Assembly: GCA_051294905.1 (NCBI GenBank)
Contig: CM119378.1
Coordinates: 248,001-312,000 of the forward strand
Source: Botryllus schlosseri
Taxonomy: Eukaryota
Reading direction: 5' to 3'
DNA length: 64,000 nucleotides
Part shown: in pieces, positions 61,480-64,000 of the stretch
Position numbering within the stretch: the first letter of the stretch is position 1
Layout: each line of letters begins with the position of its first letter
Notes under the pieces: model-generated
The model's input: the letters and a program-made list of their open reading frames with translations, nothing else
What the model was told of the DNA's origin: nothing
The model's database searches: none
Position numbers and translations under genes: made by a program

Positions 61480-64000
61480 ATGATCAACAACAACGGCCAA
61501 TACCTCCGATTCGACCAACAAGGATTCTTGACTAAATTTGTTCCCAGAGATGGTGCCTGTTTCTTCCACGCAGTCACGGATCAACTTGTCACCAGGAAAA
61601 TCTCAAACCTCTTCAATTCCAACTCTATTCGACATCTTGCCTGCAAGAAGATGTTCGACAATTGGGACACATATAAAGGATTCATAGAATCTAACGAGCA
61701 AATCGAATACTATAAAAACATAACTAAAGTAGAATTTTATGCTGATCATCACCTTATACAGGCAACCTCCGATGCTCTACACGTCAACATCACCATATTC
61801 CAAATTACTGGACCTAACATACACCGCTACGATTTCGGAAACTTCACCTCCGGGCCCAAGATAACTTTAGCCTTGCAAAACCTCCACTTCTGGAGCCTTC
61901 GACCTGACGACTCTTCCCAGAACTCGGATAAAACCAATCTTCTGAGCACGAACACTGACACCCACATCACCCCAGTCTTAGTCGACGAACCGAACCGCTC
62001 TCTTCCCGACCATACGTTCACCACCCGTGCTACCCGCTGGAACTTTAAGGACCTGGTGATACCCTCCAACTCCACCAAACCTGAAAAAAAGACCTTCAGA
62101 AAACTCTTCGCTACCTTCCGTAACATTATGTTACACACCCAAACCCTTCTTTCACTCTTCTCCCAACACACTTTAACCTTCACACGTAAAAACAACTCTA
62201 CTATCGTGGAAAACCCAGACATTGTACAACGCATATCAAACTACTTCAACAACCTCAAATCCGCCCAAGAGAAACTCGACCTCATTCTAAACTTAAACTA
62301 CAAAAATCCGAAATTAACCGATACATTGAAGAAGTTTTCGACAACCTTCAACCAAGACGTTTACAACCTACTCGTTACAACACACCAAAATTTGATCGAC
62401 AAAGACACAGCGCAAGAGTTTAACAAACCCCACACACCTTTTCATAACTTTACTACTTTCAAACCTTCCTCCTCTCTGTCGGAGATATTAAGTTTAGGAC
62501 CCTCTTTTATTCCTACACACAGCATTATGGCCACCAAAACAGTCACAAATCAAATCACGCACTCTGTATTAGACCTACTACTAAAAACTAACACTCACCA
62601 CCAAATTCCAACTAAACCTTTTAAGCACCACCCACGATCCAAATCATTACCTCTGTCACAGAAAATCAATTCTGTCATCCGTAAAGCGCACTCGACATAC
62701 ACCAACTGCAACACAAGAAATATCATACTGAATACCTTGGACGACCTGGAAATCTTCAGAGCCACAAAACCTACTATCAACCACACCAAACCAACATTTT
62801 CCAAAGCCCAAATCGACAACATCAAGATAATAGCAAATAGAGATGACATCATTATTAACGTAGCCGATAAGAATCTAGGATTTTGCATGAATACGACGGA
62901 CTGGTACATACATGAAACCGCACGCCAACTTCAGCATAACTTGTACACACCTGTATCACTGAACTTGGACACCATCTTGGACACAGCATTCAACGATAGG
63001 ACTGAAATCATAAAAAAACATTCGGATATTTTAGATGCACAACACATTTCTTTCCTAGAATATCGAACCAAAGATAACTGCCACGTCCCCTTATTTAACC
63101 TATTACCAAAACCCCACAAATTAGGAAAAGGACCTTTTCACCACACCGATGAACATAAACTTAAAGCCAGACCCATTATTTCGGCTCACTCATGGATCTC
63201 CGTAGAACCTGGAAAACTTTTGGGCAACATACTTTCAGAATGGAAAGAAGACTACACCCAATATCTTCTAGATATGGACATCACACCTACACTGACCAAA
63301 AACAGTCGTGAGATCACCTACGCCCTAGATAACACACCTGTCATCGGAACCCTTTTCGACACCCAAATAATCACCTTCGATTTCGAATCGCTATACACCA
63401 ATCTCAAAAACGAGTATGTCGTTTACGCCATGAATAAAATTAAATCTACACTCACCATCCCCGACAACATCTTCAACCTTGCCATGGATCTCTTTCACTT
63501 TTGCCAGAGTCTTTGTTATTTTTCTTCTGCCGATGACCTATATAAACAAAGAGATGGTTTAGCAATGGGAAGCTACTACTCAGCACAAGCCGCCGATCTT
63601 ACTCTTGCAATCTACGAAGAAGACATATTATCCGAAATCTTTACTATTTGGCCATTAGTAATTTTCCGCAGATATTTAGACGACGGACTTATAATTACCA
63701 ACCTACACCCTGCTCACCTGAACAGCTTCACCAGTTACATCAGCAATATATACCCCGCACACTTGGTTATAACATTCAGCTGCAACCCTATTCACAACCC
63801 CTTCCTTGATCTTAACATACGTTTCGACGAAAGAACCCTTCAAAAAGGATTGATTGGTTATAATACATACTTCAAACCCGCTTCCCTTTATTCTTATATT
63901 CCACACGACAGCAACCATCCCCCTCACACTTTCACTGGAATTGTAGCAACCGAATTTAACCGGTACAACCACACAAATTCGAACCGTAAATATCTGAAAA
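61480..64000 (+). CDS. Penelope-like element polyprotein: N-terminal OTU-like protease fused to reverse transcriptase (3'-truncated by window)
   Basis: Hand translation gives 840 codons without a stop. OTU-like: VPRDGACFFHAVTDQL...ITLALQNLHFWSL. PLE RT motifs: LSLGPSFIPT, IIINVADKNLG, FNLLPKPHK, RPIIS, TFDFESLYTN, YKQRDGLAMGS, RRYLDDG, PFLDL, YFKP..Y.YIP..SNHP. Confidence 0.9.
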   Translation, partial: MINNNGQYLRFDQQGFLTKFVPRDGACFFHAVTDQLVTRKISNLFNSNSIRHLACKKMFDNWDTYKGFIESNEQIEYYKNITKVEFYADHHLIQATSDALHVNITIFQITGPNIHRYDFGNFTSGPKITLALQNLHFWSLRPDDSSQNSDKTNLLSTNTDTHITPVLVDEPNRSLPDHTFTTRATRWNFKDLVIPSNSTKPEKKTFRKLFATFRNIMLHTQTLLSLFSQHTLTFTRKNNSTIVENPDIVQRISNYFNNLKSAQEKLDLILNLNYKNPKLTDTLKKFSTTFNQDVYNLLVTTHQNLIDKDTAQEFNKPHTPFHNFTTFKPSSSLSEILSLGPSFIPTHSIMATKTVTNQITHSVLDLLLKTNTHHQIPTKPFKHHPRSKSLPLSQKINSVIRKAHSTYTNCNTRNIILNTLDDLEIFRATKPTINHTKPTFSKAQIDNIKIIANRDDIIINVADKNLGFCMNTTDWYIHETARQLQHNLYTPVSLNLDTILDTAFNDRTEIIKKHSDILDAQHISFLEYRTKDNCHVPLFNLLPKPHKLGKGPFHHTDEHKLKARPIISAHSWISVEPGKLLGNILSEWKEDYTQYLLDMDITPTLTKNSREITYALDNTPVIGTLFDTQIITFDFESLYTNLKNEYVVYAMNKIKSTLTIPDNIFNLAMDLFHFCQSLCYFSSADDLYKQRDGLAMGSYYSAQAADLTLAIYEEDILSEIFTIWPLVIFRRYLDDGLIITNLHPAHLNSFTSYISNIYPAHLVITFSCNPIHNPFLDLNIRFDERTLQKGLIGYNTYFKPASLYSYIPHDSNHPPHTFTGIVATEFNRYNHTNSNRKYLK

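Noticed and set aside
61827..63972. Minus-strand ORFs over the PLE
   Set aside because: Antisense shadows of the long plus-strand ORF, caused by its compositional skew.

Overview
Eukaryotic (animal, probably marine invertebrate; tunicate is a guess) genomic DNA dominated by nested transposons. Read by hand, it holds one apparently intact 12-exon RING/B-box/coiled-coil/NHL (TRIM-NHL) gene on the minus strand (46865-53911, about 599 aa, many 49-69 nt introns) that the ORF track shows only as fragments. It also holds a frameshifted spliced gene resembling SAMD3-like transposon accessory proteins (39112-42580). Mobile elements: an intact 4.2 kb Ty3/gypsy-type LTR retrotransposon with matching LTRs, a 5-bp TSD and a -1 frameshift signal; two 9-10 kb nested hAT elements with perfect 8-bp TSDs; a 9 kb foldback element whose arms are satellite arrays; an ISL2EU-like element; many MITEs; LINE and SINE remnants; a solo LTR; and an 18S rRNA fragment. 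The most unusual feature is an uninterrupted ORF of at least 840 codons (61480 to the window end, absent from the ORF track) that fuses an OTU-like cysteine protease domain to a Penelope-like reverse transcriptase. All family assignments come from motif recognition by eye; no database searches were run.
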